Origin: the human T2T-CHM13v2.0 reference genome, Homo sapiens
Reading direction: 5' to 3' (one strand)
DNA length: 64,000 bases
NCBI RefSeq assembly: GCF_009914755.1
Contig: NC_060925.1
A model generated the notes under the pieces. It searched no databases. It had not been told where the DNA came from and saw only the letters and a program-made list of their open reading frames with translations. How positions within the stretch are numbered: position 1 is the first letter of the stretch; the number at the start of each line of letters is the position of its first letter. The translations under genes and the position numbers were made by a program. Of the stretch, positions 1 to 12,029 are shown piece by piece.

Positions 1-680
1 TGTAAGTAGAAATTGAAAAATTATATGAATTTTATCTTTTTGGTATTTCATGTTTATAAAAAAATGCAGTATGCTGTTGGCAGGCAGTATGAATTGACTG
101 TTCAAAACGTTAAAAAACTCCTACAAGTTTACTTTGGAATTGGTAACCTCTTCTATTTATGGGGTGACTATTGATAATAGGCCACAGATATCCACAGTCA
201 ATAAAGGAGTGCACGTAAATTCCAGCTGTTCATCCTAAATAGAGGACATATACACACAGGAACTGGAGTGTTTAGTCTATGACTCATGTACATCCAGATT
301 TTGATATTTTTTAAATCTTTTCTTTGTTCTATTATAGAGGATAGATGTTTTTGCTTTTTAAAACACTAACTGGATGACTGACTAACACTGAAAATGAATC
401 AAACTGCATTTAATTCAAGCTGTCATGTACGATATAACTGGAGAGTTAGGATTTATTTTTTTACCATTTGGATGGGCCAAGGCTTGGCCTTGAATTTAAT
501 CTCATAAACAGATCCTTTGCTTGCTTCTGAAATGAATGGAATTGACAAGTACTCAATGCCTACACAATACCCAGCTTCTGCAAGACACCATGCAGATGGA
601 ACTCAGGAATATGAGACTTGTTTCATGCCTTGAGATAGTTTAGAGGTAGATTTACTATGAAGCCACTGGTACTTAACCTC

Positions 681-811
681 CAGGGGCGCTCACTTGGAAT
701 GCCCTCTGCATAATTTTATATTCATGATTTTGTATTCTTTTTCTTTGAGAGGATCCCTCAGATTACATATGGCTTCAAATTACATATCCATAAGACCTGG
801 ATCCACCCCTC
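681..811 (-). mobile_element. Short hAT-type MITE fragment (MER96-like)
   Basis: Ends caggggcg...cacccct; internal ttttgtattctttttctttgagagg...cctggatccacccct resembles the MER96 group from memory. Confidence 0.4.
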
Positions 812-1798
812 AGTACTTAATATTTTACTGCAAAAGATAACATATTAAGGCTTGCATTTCTGAAACAAGTAGATAACTGCTTGAGATGGTATTAGATGAA
901 GTTCTAACGTGTTCTGCAGATGAAACAGGATATAGAAGTTCAGAGGAATAAATCTCATTTATTTAGATTATTCTGCAGAAATTGGGATTTGTTCAAATAA
1001 GTACAAACCTCAACATGAGTATTTCTTCCTTGCTTCATTTCCTACTCACACTTAGATCTTGAGCCAGGCTTCAGTCTTGATTAAATTTAACCAAAATGCA
1101 CATTCTGTGAAACAGTGGGTTCTTAAATTGGTTGTTGAGACTTTTAATGTCTATAATTAAGAGGAAGCAATTATGTTGTATAAACTTGCCTATTCTGAAG
1201 ATGAGCATTTGAAATATTATTTTGTCAGTAGATTGTGGTAGACTTGTTTATGGGTCTCTGACATAATTTTAAAAATAATTTCTTTTGGTTTCTTAATAGT
1301 AGTTTGCTTATCTGTTGTGAAATTAACACTGAGAAGCTATTACAGCATGTGCTAATCATACAATAATCAGTCAAGAATAGATTGAAGACAGATACTGCAG
1401 TATTTATTTCCCACCGGAGAAGCTTATTTGATGTCAAGCTTTGATTTCCCTTAAGACTTCTAATAATGTGGGTTTTCTCATATGGAACTATTTGCTTTCT
1501 GGGATTTATTTTTTATCTTTTGACAGTTTTTTATTCTGCTATAATATGAGCCTTTTGTGATTGGCCAATAGACAGTGGTTTGAATTCACGTATAGCTAAT
1601 TCCGTGTGTTTGCTTTACCCCTTACTTGGGGTGATCATTTCCCAAGGACCCCTGTTTCCTGTGCTTCTCAACATGGCTCAGAGTCCACATTGGCCTACTT
1701 TTAACCCAAGAGAAAGTTCTTGAATTCTGGGCCAGCAGTTTGTGTTGGGGCTTTGAGATTTTCTTTTATCTAACTTCAAACATACACTCACTCAGTTA

Positions 1799-2151
<353 letters not shown>

Positions 2152-2327
2152 TCAAATGTAGGGAGAAACCTACTTTAATTAGTGACCTTCAGTGAGAGCC
2201 ATGAAATGTTGGCACAAGTATCTAGAGTTTTCTTCAGATAGCTGTCACAATAGCTCCCTTTTGGGCCATTTCTTGAACATTCTCTCTTTCTGTGTTATGC
2301 ACTCTAATATCAGAATTAAGCAGAATG

Positions 2328-2615
2328 AGCTGAGTGCAGTGGCTCATGCTTGTAATCCCAGCACTTTGGGAGGCCGAGGTGGGCGGTTCACTTGAGGCCA
2401 GGAGTTTGAGACCAGCCTGGCCAACAAGGCAAAACCCCATCTCTACTAAAAATACAAAAGTTAGCTGGGCGTGGTGGTGCATGCCTGTAGCCCTAGGGAG
2501 GGTGAGGCAGGAGGATAACTTGAGCCTGGGAAGCGGAGGTTGCAGTGAGCTGAGATTGTGCCACTGCAATCCAGCCTGGGTAACAAAGCGAGACCCTGTC
2601 TAAAAGAAAAAAAAA
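2328..2615 (+). mobile_element. Full-length Alu (J/old S) with 11-bp TSD taagcagaatg
   Basis: Dimeric Alu. TSD at 2317-2327 and 2617-2627. Confidence 0.95.
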
Positions 2616-3959
2616 GTAAGCAGAATGCCAACAAGAACCAGAGTAGGGGTTAACTAGGTCTCCAGAAACCTTTGCCAAGCTGATGGCACTCAGGTCACAC
2701 TATGGAAAGCACTGAGTAATAGTCTGAATTACTCCCTTAATTTCAAATGAATTCTCCCAGTGGAGGACATTCGGGGTTTTTAAAGGTTGGAGCCATTTGT
2801 AAACACTATGCTTTAAGATTATCTGACTTAAATTTGCTTGCTTATGGTGCAGAGAAGAGACTAATTCAGTAGGTCTTTGAACTTATTTCTTCTTCCCATG
2901 TTTGCTTGCCATGTGTTTTCACAGGCTTCATCTCATTTAGTTCACTTATTTTTACCCCTATGTTTACAGATTAGAAAATTGTGGCTCAGAAACATTCAAT
3001 CAGTAAGTAGCAGAGCTAGAATTAAAACCTACTCCTTTCTGACTTGGAAGCTCTTTCCAAGTGTACAATATCACCTTCCTTGATTTGTTAATATCACCTT
3101 TAAAGGAACCCTTTTTTGGGAATCCTTTTTAGCCATCCTTTTCACTACTACCTCAAGTGATTTTCCCTGGAAACTGTATTTCCCAAGGGCTCCTCCCTTC
3201 ACACAGTTGTGAGCAGTTCACTTGAGCATCAGTGCTGTTATTTGTCTACTCAAGCAATATTTATCAGCTCTTTAATGTGTACTATGTACTGTACAAGATG
3301 CTGTGTGTATAATGGTGGACAAACCTGCCTTCTTCATGCTGAATGTCTAGTGGGAAAGAGTAACATTAAACAAATCAGTGTGCAAATACATTTATATAAT
3401 TAAAATTGATAGACCACTGGGAGATAAAAGGTTCTATAACACAGAGTTATAAAGGATATTTTGGAGAGCTGTACCCAAATAAAACTGAATGTTGGCCAGG
3501 ATCTTAGGTGATCACTTAGATCATGGCCCATAAAGGTAATTGCTTTGTCTGTGTGTTTGGAGTGTTTCTGTGTACTGAATGGGCCTGGCCAAATCCCTGA
3601 CCTCGATCAGCTTTTCCTGAAGGGTCAGGGATAGCAAATGAGAGAGCACGGGTGGATTTAAGTAAGTATAGTACCACCGTGGGAACAGAAACCTTAAATC
3701 CATTCTTTATGTCGCCTGGAGTAACATTTTCATATGCAAAACCTGACATACCAATAACCAGCAAAACGGAGCTGCCTTTGTTAGTGCAACCAGTTCCTCC
3801 ACAGTGTAGAGAGGAGTTGATCAGATATAAAGCTTGAAAATTTTCATTTATTTCCAAGGATTTTGTCATAGATGTCAAACAGACTTTTCAGAATTTTAGG
3901 ATACATTATGGGAAAAGCAATTTTTCCTGTCTTTTTTTTTACCCATGAGATTCAGATTT

Positions 3960-4215
3960 AAGGCATATAGTATAATGGTTAAGAACATGGGCTTAGGAGT
4001 CAGAAATTTGAATTTTATTCCAGTTTTGCACTCCTTACTTGCTCTGCAGTATTGGGCAGTGAATTTATCTTACTAGCTTCAGTTTTCCTCATCTATAAAA
4101 TAACAAAAATAGCACCTAATTTATAGAGTTATTATAAAGTTTGAACATGATAATATAGGTAAAATTTGTAGTATAGTGGCTGAAAAATATTAAGTGCTTA
4201 AGAGATTACTATTAC
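3960..4215 (+). mobile_element. MIR
   Basis: MIR core cttcagttttcctcatctataaaat and typical 5' end atagtataatggttaagaacatgggc. Confidence 0.75.
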
Positions 4216-4511
4216 CTTGTTTTCTTTCTTCAAGGCATTTATTATTATTTGAAATTACCTTATTTATCTTGCTTATTTCATGACTGTCTTTCCCACTCAG
4301 AGACCATGTTAGTCTTGTTCATTGCTCTACCCTCAAAATGGTGCCTGCAGTAGGTGCTTAGGAACTATTTGTCTAACAAATAAATAATGGTTATCATTAT
4401 TCATGCCTTTTCCAAGCAGGTGTTTTGGAAGGTCCAGCAGTGAACATTGCCCAGCCTCTGCCCATGTTTAGTGGGAGAGACAAATAAGTCTATAGACTCG
4501 TGTCATCACTG

Positions 4512-4619
4512 TCAAGGCCATGAGGCTGAATGTGCGTTTTTAATGAAAACCTTTTCCCCCCGGGAGCTGGTAGTTGTAAACCTTCTATAAAAAGCCCATT
4601 GCACACATCCATTCAGTTC
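4512..4619 (+). promoter_or_regulatory. Candidate intronic TATA/Inr core promoter with an upstream NR5A/ESRR-type site
   Basis: TCAAGGCCA 4512-4520, TATAAAAA 4586-4593, Inr-like TCAGTTC with A at 4615 (29 nt after the first T of TATA). Motif match only. Confidence 0.35.
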
Positions 4620-4937
4620 TCAAATGCTTTCGTTGCATGAGAAGCTGGTAAGTGTTTTTGAGATGCATACAATATGTTCCAATTTGCTTTTTGTTAAACC
4701 TCACTTAAAAATAATTGAATTTTTTATTTAGTGCTGGAATTACACTAGGCACTTGCCAAATATTCCTAGATTCATGCTGGCATGCAGTGTTCATGTTCCT
4801 GTACTTCCTTTTCTTTCAGTAAGAGGCAAGGTTTCTAATATCTTTCCTCTCCTCTTCCAGGTCCAAGGAAAGGAAGTTGTCAACAGAGAGAGCACTGGGA
4901 AACATACTGGAAACTGAACCCGCACGACGGGTCTCAG

Positions 4938-5029
4938 AGCATCTTCATGTGACTTATGGTCCCAGTGTCGCCTCTAGGGTCACCAGCATCTAGAGGTGAC
5001 ACTGAGACCATAACTCACCTGTAGGTGCT
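4938..5029. repeat. Inverted repeat: 40-bp arms, 12-nt loop
   Basis: 4938-4977 pairs with 4990-5029: 34 Watson-Crick pairs, 2 G-U, 4 mismatches on the + strand RNA. Confidence 0.9.
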
Positions 5030-5573
5030 GGTCTCTTATAGCATTAACACTCACATTAAATCTTGTTACTATGAAACTCATAATTTGATTTTTTTCTAAA
5101 CTTTTTGTTCTGAGTTATTTATTAATGTTTAACTTCCATCACTTACATAGGAAATTTTTCAAAATAATTCCATACCATTCTCTTCATTAATTTTAGTAAC
5201 CTCCTACAGGGCCAAATCGAAATTAGCAGAGAGGGTCACTCATTAAGTCTTTTGTGCCTCCCCCAACCCACCCATGCATGAAACAGTTGAGATTTAGTGG
5301 TTGGTGGCTCCAGGATGCACATCCCATTTATTTAGTAGAAAAACTTTCAGGAAATCTTAACATTGCTTTGCTTCCTTTCTAGCTTAACATACAATCATAT
5401 TGAATATCCTGACTAGGGTGAGAATTTCTTAGTAAATGAAGGCTGCTATTTAAGATTTTTGTTAGAACAGATGAGTTTAAATAGATTTTCTCTAGGTCTG
5501 GGTGTTGATGACTTCCTAGGCAAAAAAACCCAAAAAAACTTGGATGGGTTACACACACATACACATACACACA

Positions 5574-5619
5574 CATATATATAACAGAACATATATATAT
5601 ATGTTCTGTTATGTATATG
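5574..5619. repeat. 46-bp spacerless AT-rich palindrome
   Basis: Perfect 32-bp core ataacagaacatatatatatatgttctgttat (5581-5612); one G-T mismatch in the extension. Confidence 0.92.
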
Positions 5620-5786
5620 ACCCTCTCTACTAGTTTCCATTTGGCTCTGTGGGGGGTTACTAAAATTAATGAAGAGAATATGGAATTATTTTGAAAAATT
5701 TCCTATATAAGTGATAGAAGTTAAACATTAATAAATAACTCTTAGAACAAACAAAAAGTTTAGAAAAATGTCAAATTATGAGTTTA

Positions 5787-5897
5787 TGTTCTATTCAGGA
5801 CATCATGCCCTGTTCAGTTTTGGTCCACACACTCAGCTCCAGGAAGCATGGCTGGAGCCAGAATGTGACCAGAATTGTTATTATTTTCTCCCTGTAA
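5787..5897 (+). repeat. 111-bp direct repeat, copy 1
   Basis: 104/111 identical to 6813-6923, ungapped. Confidence 0.93.
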
Positions 5898-6229
5898 ATA
5901 TATATATATTTTTTTATATATATATATGTTAAGGTGTTTTTTAAAAAAAGGTAGATTGCTGAAAGATAAATTGGACTTAGATCTTATTTCCTGCAACTAT
6001 GAGAAACATGACACTATTGGTTGGTAGAAGAGAAAAGAGGATTGTAAGAAGGGTGTGAAAATCTTTGGGTATGAAAATGGTTATAATATAGAAAAGAGCA
6101 TTAAAAACTTTGATAGGGGATGCCTTTCATAAAAGGTCTCAGGCTCTTGCTGGCTCACACTTTATCAGGTGGAGAGAAACAGTTTAGCTCAGAAAACAAT
6201 AGAAGGTATAACATTTATAATAATTTACA

Positions 6230-6725
6230 TATCCAAAGATGTCCACATCCTCATCCCTGAAACCTGGGAATATGTTAGGTTATATGCAAAGGGGAATTGA
6301 GGTTGCAGATGGAATTAAGGTTACTAATCAGCTGACTATAAAATAAGGAGATTATCTTGGATTATCTGAGTGAGCCCAGAGTAATCACAAGGGTCCTTAA
6401 AAATGTAAAAGATGGAGGCAGAAGACAGAGAAAGAGATACAAGGATGGAAATGGGATCAGATAGATGCTATGTTGCTGGCTTTGAAGATGGAGGAAGGGG
6501 GCCTTGAGCCAAAGAATGCAGGCAGCCTCTTGAAGCTAGAAAAGGGGATTGAACAGATTCTCTTCTAGAACCTCTAGAAAGGAACATAGCCCTGACAACA
6601 CCTTGATTTTAACCCATTGAGACCCTTGTTGGACTTCTGACTTACAGAACTATAAAATAGTAAATTTGTATTGTTATAAGCCACTAAGTTTGTAATAATT
6701 TATTCCAGCAACACAGATAAGAAAC
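6230..6725 (+). mobile_element. MaLR solo LTR (MLT1D-like)
   Basis: ccaaagatgtccacatcc...gttgcagatggaattaaggtt...gctggctttgaagatggagg...ttataagccactaagtttg. Confidence 0.85.
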
Positions 6726-6812
6726 AAGGAATTCTTGTCAGGGAGATTGACTCTGAAAAATCTAGTGGCCATAGGCTCAAGGATGTTGAAGGTCGGTGTC
6801 CACCCTCACCTT

Positions 6813-6923
6813 TGTTCTGTTCAGGACATCATGCCCTGTTCAGTTTCGGTCCACACACTCAGCTCCAGGAAGCATGGCCGGAGCCAGAATGTGATGGGCA
6901 TTGTTATTATTTTCTCCCTGTAA
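6813..6923 (+). repeat. 111-bp direct repeat, copy 2
   Basis: 104/111 identical to 5787-5897. Keeps two CpGs that read TpG in copy 1. Confidence 0.93.
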
Positions 6924-9659
6924 CTATGCCAGTTACTTTGGATTAACCAGAAAAATTTAATCTGGTGCTGTTTGAGAATTATATCCAACCATAATTACCT
7001 GAGGGAAAATGGAAATAAGTTCTCTTCCCTGCTGGGTTGGTGGCCTTTGGTAAATATTTACTTTTGCCAAGTGGACCCAATTGTCACCTGCCAACACTAT
7101 GGGAATTCTGGATAGGAACATGTGGCGACTGTAGAGCCTTAGCTTGTGGGACGACAGTGATGGTTTTGTTAAAGTAGACACTGAGGGGATGCTGTCAAAG
7201 ACTTTGCCTCAGATCATAGCCAGGCTAGCTTTCTTTTCTTGAAATGGGATTTATAAGACCTAAGAGATAAAAATGTTTCCATGAAGTAGCTTGTTTTTTT
7301 TATTTCACTTGGCAAAGGGAGGCAAGGACATGCAATTATCCTTTTTTTGAAAAGAATATAAAATTGCCCAGCAGGTTTTTTTTTTAAAGTGTGCTTAACA
7401 TTTGTAAACTACAAAACAAAACTGACAAGAAACTGAAATGTAATGGGTGGTAACTGAGTTAGTAACTGGACAGTCAGACATTCAGCTTTGATCATTTAAA
7501 GCAGTGGTTTTGACCATTTTTCAGCAGTTGGTGGGAGTGATTGATCACAAACCCCTGTAAGAATGTACTAAAAACTATGGACCTTCTCTTTAGAAAAAAG
7601 AGAATGTCACAATTTTTTTCATAAAATTTAGGGACTTCCCAGACTTCTGTAAATTCATCTAGAGACCCTGGGTTATGATCCCCTAGGCAAAGTGTCCCTA
7701 GCGTGGTAACAGGGGATATGTAGGCAGCCATTATGAATGAGAGGTGGGCACTGATCCTAGCTTTATTATAACTGGAACACAGACCTTAAGTGTGGCTCTG
7801 AAAAGTAAACCAATCAAATTAACTAAAATTACGCTTCATGGTTCATTCAGGTAAATTTAATGGTTTTAGAAAGTATCTTGGGACATCTAAAAGGGGAAGA
7901 TACTGGTGGTTTTGAGTTAATTTTGTTTTTCATATCGCTATTCTCTTATCTGAAAATTTTTTTTACATTTATTTTTTGTGAACTTAGCCCTTGATAATGC
8001 TGTCAGGCCCCTAGTCCTGGGAACACAATTCTTTTGCCTTTGGCCTCTACTAAAGCTAACAGTAAGCACCCATTTAGATAAATTGATATTCCGTTGAGTT
8101 TTTGTAAGCTATAGGCGAAAAAGAAAAGTATTCTTGAAAATGAAAGGATGCCATGATACTAAACTCATATTCATTGTATTTGATGTTACAAAGCATGTTT
8201 CATAAGATTTTGAAGAGCTCTGCAATAGCAGCTTTTTGTGGTTGGGGAAAACTGAGCCACAGGCTTGTACTGATTTGTTAATAATGTATTAATTCATCTT
8301 AAACCTGAGAAAAATCTAGACTCATGAACAGAGTCTGAGTGCTGCCTCCTTCCTACCCCCATCTACCAGTTTCTTCTGTTGTCCGTCATTGTAGCCTCAT
8401 CCATTGCAGTGTACTAACAAGATGTGTTTGCAGTTGGTGGTTTAGCATTGTTATGAACTAGAAGTGGAAGGAGTAGCTACGGATGGGCCACCAAGCTCTG
8501 AGTGCAGGAAACAGGCCAGAGAAAAGAAACGGATGACAGAGGCTTGGAATGGAAAATAGAAGAAACCTTATAGCAGGAGTGTGAGAGCCAACATACTTAA
8601 ATAATTTTAAATCTGCGTGAGATATAAGTTGTGGCAGGAGAGAACTTTTTTTCTTTCCCTTGGATGAATAGTGTCCTTTTCTTGAACTCCTCTTTAGACA
8701 GTTGTGGGTTAAGGGCTGGAAAGAAAGGTTATTCTCCAGGAAAATGTTATAGCATTTTGTAACTGTCAAGTGGGGCAGAAATATCAGGTACTCTTTTGCT
8801 GTTAATGTTGCCTTAAGTGTCAGGGACTTAGTATGGAGATATGTGGACAATGAAAGAACAAGGAAGGTGCAGTGTCCTTCACAGCAAAGGCCTAGAGGTG
8901 AGGAGGGCAGCTTTTGTTGGGTCTTCTAGCTTTTTCTAGTCAGGGAAAAATGGCCTAGAGAACTAACCCTCATAAATGGAAAGCACAGTATAGGGTTCTC
9001 GGCTCAATCTTCTTGGCCCCTTCCTTTCCTGCAAGAGAACAAGGAGTTTTTGCCTTGTTGTTTTTGACCTTTGTCTTTCCCCTTGAATAAGTAACTTCAC
9101 AGTGGTAACAAGACCTTTCCAAGGTAGGCTTGGTGGCTGTGACCCAGTTCTCAGGTCAGACTTGGCGGAGAGGTGCCTGCCATGGAGGATATTATTCAGA
9201 GTAATTAAAACCACACTTCTTGCTGATCTGTGGAAACAGTCCAAAGTCTTCACTAAGGTTTTCACCAGACATCTGCAGGCTATTTCACCCATGTCGTTCT
9301 CCTGAGTCAAGGTCAGCTTCTGAACATTTTTTTCATACCTGACCTGTGTTCTTTTGGGTCAGTTACAGAAAAATGCCTAAGATGTTCTGAGGCCAGCATT
9401 TATTAGAAAAGATTCCCAGGAGTCCTTGAGTCAGCAGCTTCATGTGAGGTCTCTCTTTCCTTTACTTCTTCCTTTCCGTTCTTTCACTATCCCCAATAAA
9501 GTACCTCCTTCCCAACTCTTCCCGCCCCAGCCTTTCTTTTATTCGTGGTAGAAGAGGGTGTGTATTAATTCATTGAGCAAATATTTATTGTCTACTTTGT
9601 GCAGGCTCTATTCCAGGCTCAGTAGAAGTAGCAGTCAGCAAAATAGAAGAGTAAAACCA

Positions 9660-10200
9660 GAGTCCTTGCCACAGCCTACCTACCAGGCCCTCAGCATCTG
9701 TCCTTGTCATCTCCATGCCTCCTTTTCTATTCACGCTCACTCAGCTCTGCCCCTCATTGGCCTCTTAATGTTTCTTAGAAACATCCTTCTGCTACTCTTC
9801 CAAGGCCTTTGCATTGGCTCTTTGGACTGCTTAGAGGCTCTTTCCCTGGAGATCTGCAGGGCCCACTTCCTCACTTTCTGGAGAGTTTACTTAGTTTTCA
9901 CATTCACATTGGGCCTTCCCCAAATACCCAACCTCTGGCCCTCCATTATACCAGGTCACCCTGACCTGCTTTATTTCTCTCCATTGCACTTTTCACTCTC
10001 TGACTTAGTATATATTAACTAATTATTGTTGTCTGTCTCCTCCGCACTACCATGTATACTTCATGAAAACAGAGACTTTGGTTTGTTTGCTGCTGTATCC
10101 TCAATGTCTAGAATAGTACCTGTACATAGTCCTTAGTAAATAATCCTCATTGAATGAGGACTAAATGAGTGAAAGAATGAATGATGGAATAAATGAATGA
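9660..10200 (+). mobile_element. L2 3' portion
   Basis: Pyrimidine-rich L2 body ending gctgtatcctcaatgtctagaatagtacctgtacatag...gaatgaatga. Confidence 0.65.
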
Positions 10201-10214
10201 AAGGCTCACCATAG

Positions 10215-10482
10215 CTTGTATGGTAGGGAGTGATTCAGAGGCTGGTTGCTGAACGCTGACTGTCATGGCTGAAATCCCTGCTGCACGTATTAGTTGTATC
10301 TTTGAGGGCATGTTACTTAATTTAAGCCTTCTGGACCTCATTTTTCTCATCTGTAGAATAGGAATAAAAATAACTTCACTCTATAGAATTATAGGAGAAC
10401 TAAACCAAGCCAGCATGTAAAGCCCTTAGCACAGTACCTGGCATATAGTAAGTTCTCAATAATTATTAACTGCTGTTATTAT
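10215..10482 (+). mobile_element. MIR
   Basis: cctcatttttctcatctgtagaatagg...aaagcccttagcacagtacctggcatatagtaag. Confidence 0.75.
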
Positions 10483-11311
10483 TGGATCATTTGCCAGAAT
10501 CAAGCAGAGCCTGAGAGATTCTTCAGGATCACCTGCCTCCTGATCTGGTGTTACTGAGACTTTCCTGTTGGGGAGCAAAGGTTAGCAAGGGCCCCCACTA
10601 GAGAGACCGTCCCTGGGTACAACTTTATCTAAGGGTTTCTTTGAACCACAGATACACCTGGTCTTCCCCTTCAAACACATATAAAACACTTCACCTTACC
10701 AGATAGGCTACAAAGAATACAGACATCCTCTCTGGAAATAACTGTTTCTGTTTAAATATTTAGCAACCAGTTAAACATTGTACTGGTTTTTTCTTTCCCT
10801 TTTCTATTACTTTTTAGGCTGCAGTAAATAATTGCTTAAGGCTGCACTTTAGGAGACATTTGTAAATTTTTCTTTTGCCTTGTGATAACAGAGAAAACCA
10901 TGTCAAAAGTCATTCTGACAATTTTTATTTTAAGTTTTATGAGTTACCATTTAAAGAAGAGCAGTTGGTCATTGGTAAGCCTTCTTAAGAGGTTGGAGCT
11001 TTGATCTTAAATCCTAGGGAGGCTTTGCAGAAATTGGACACGACATCGTTGACAGGTTTGTTGGTAGCTATTCTATGGCCATTAATTAAACATACACACT
11101 CATACACACACTTTATTTACTACCCTGGAATAAGTGAATTGAACTTGACTTTGAGTTTTGATGGGAAGCTATGAGAGGGTCCAGGAAAACATCAAAGGAA
11201 CCTTCTTAATCTAGTAGTACTGACTGTCAAAGGACCTAGCCTGAACATTTAAAGAGTTCTGGATTCCAACACTAGTCTAGTTTCTTTTCTGTAAAGCAGT
11301 AATTCTCCTTA

Positions 11312-11654
<343 letters not shown>

Positions 11655-12029
11655 TTAAGAAAGGTGCAGGGGCAAATAATCATCTCCATCCCAGTCCATT
11701 AAGTTCCACAAGGTTACAGGCTCTTTCCTTTTATCTCACTTCTAAAAGACTTCTTTGGAATAGCGTGTATACTTTTGTTTTGCATTTTAATAGTTTTTAC
11801 CTTTAAGATCTCAACTTTAACATCTTAAAACTTTTTTTCTTTTTAATTGTAGATTTTTGGAATAATCACAGCTATCTTAAAACTTTTATGCTCCTAAGCC
11901 CTTAGAAGTGAGGGCTTGATACTTGTAGAAGCATAAATAAGGCCAGATGATGCCTTTGCAGAGGCAAATCTGAACCTAGTAGTTGGGAGGTCCATTACTG
12001 CGTCTGCTTCTGAAACCCCAATAGAGCAC

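Noticed and set aside
2192-2678. ORFs of 60-150 aa here and at 18169, 24793, 46573, 49764, 50394 and 62567
   Set aside because: All are translations of Alu sequence ([23 protein letters not shown] signatures).
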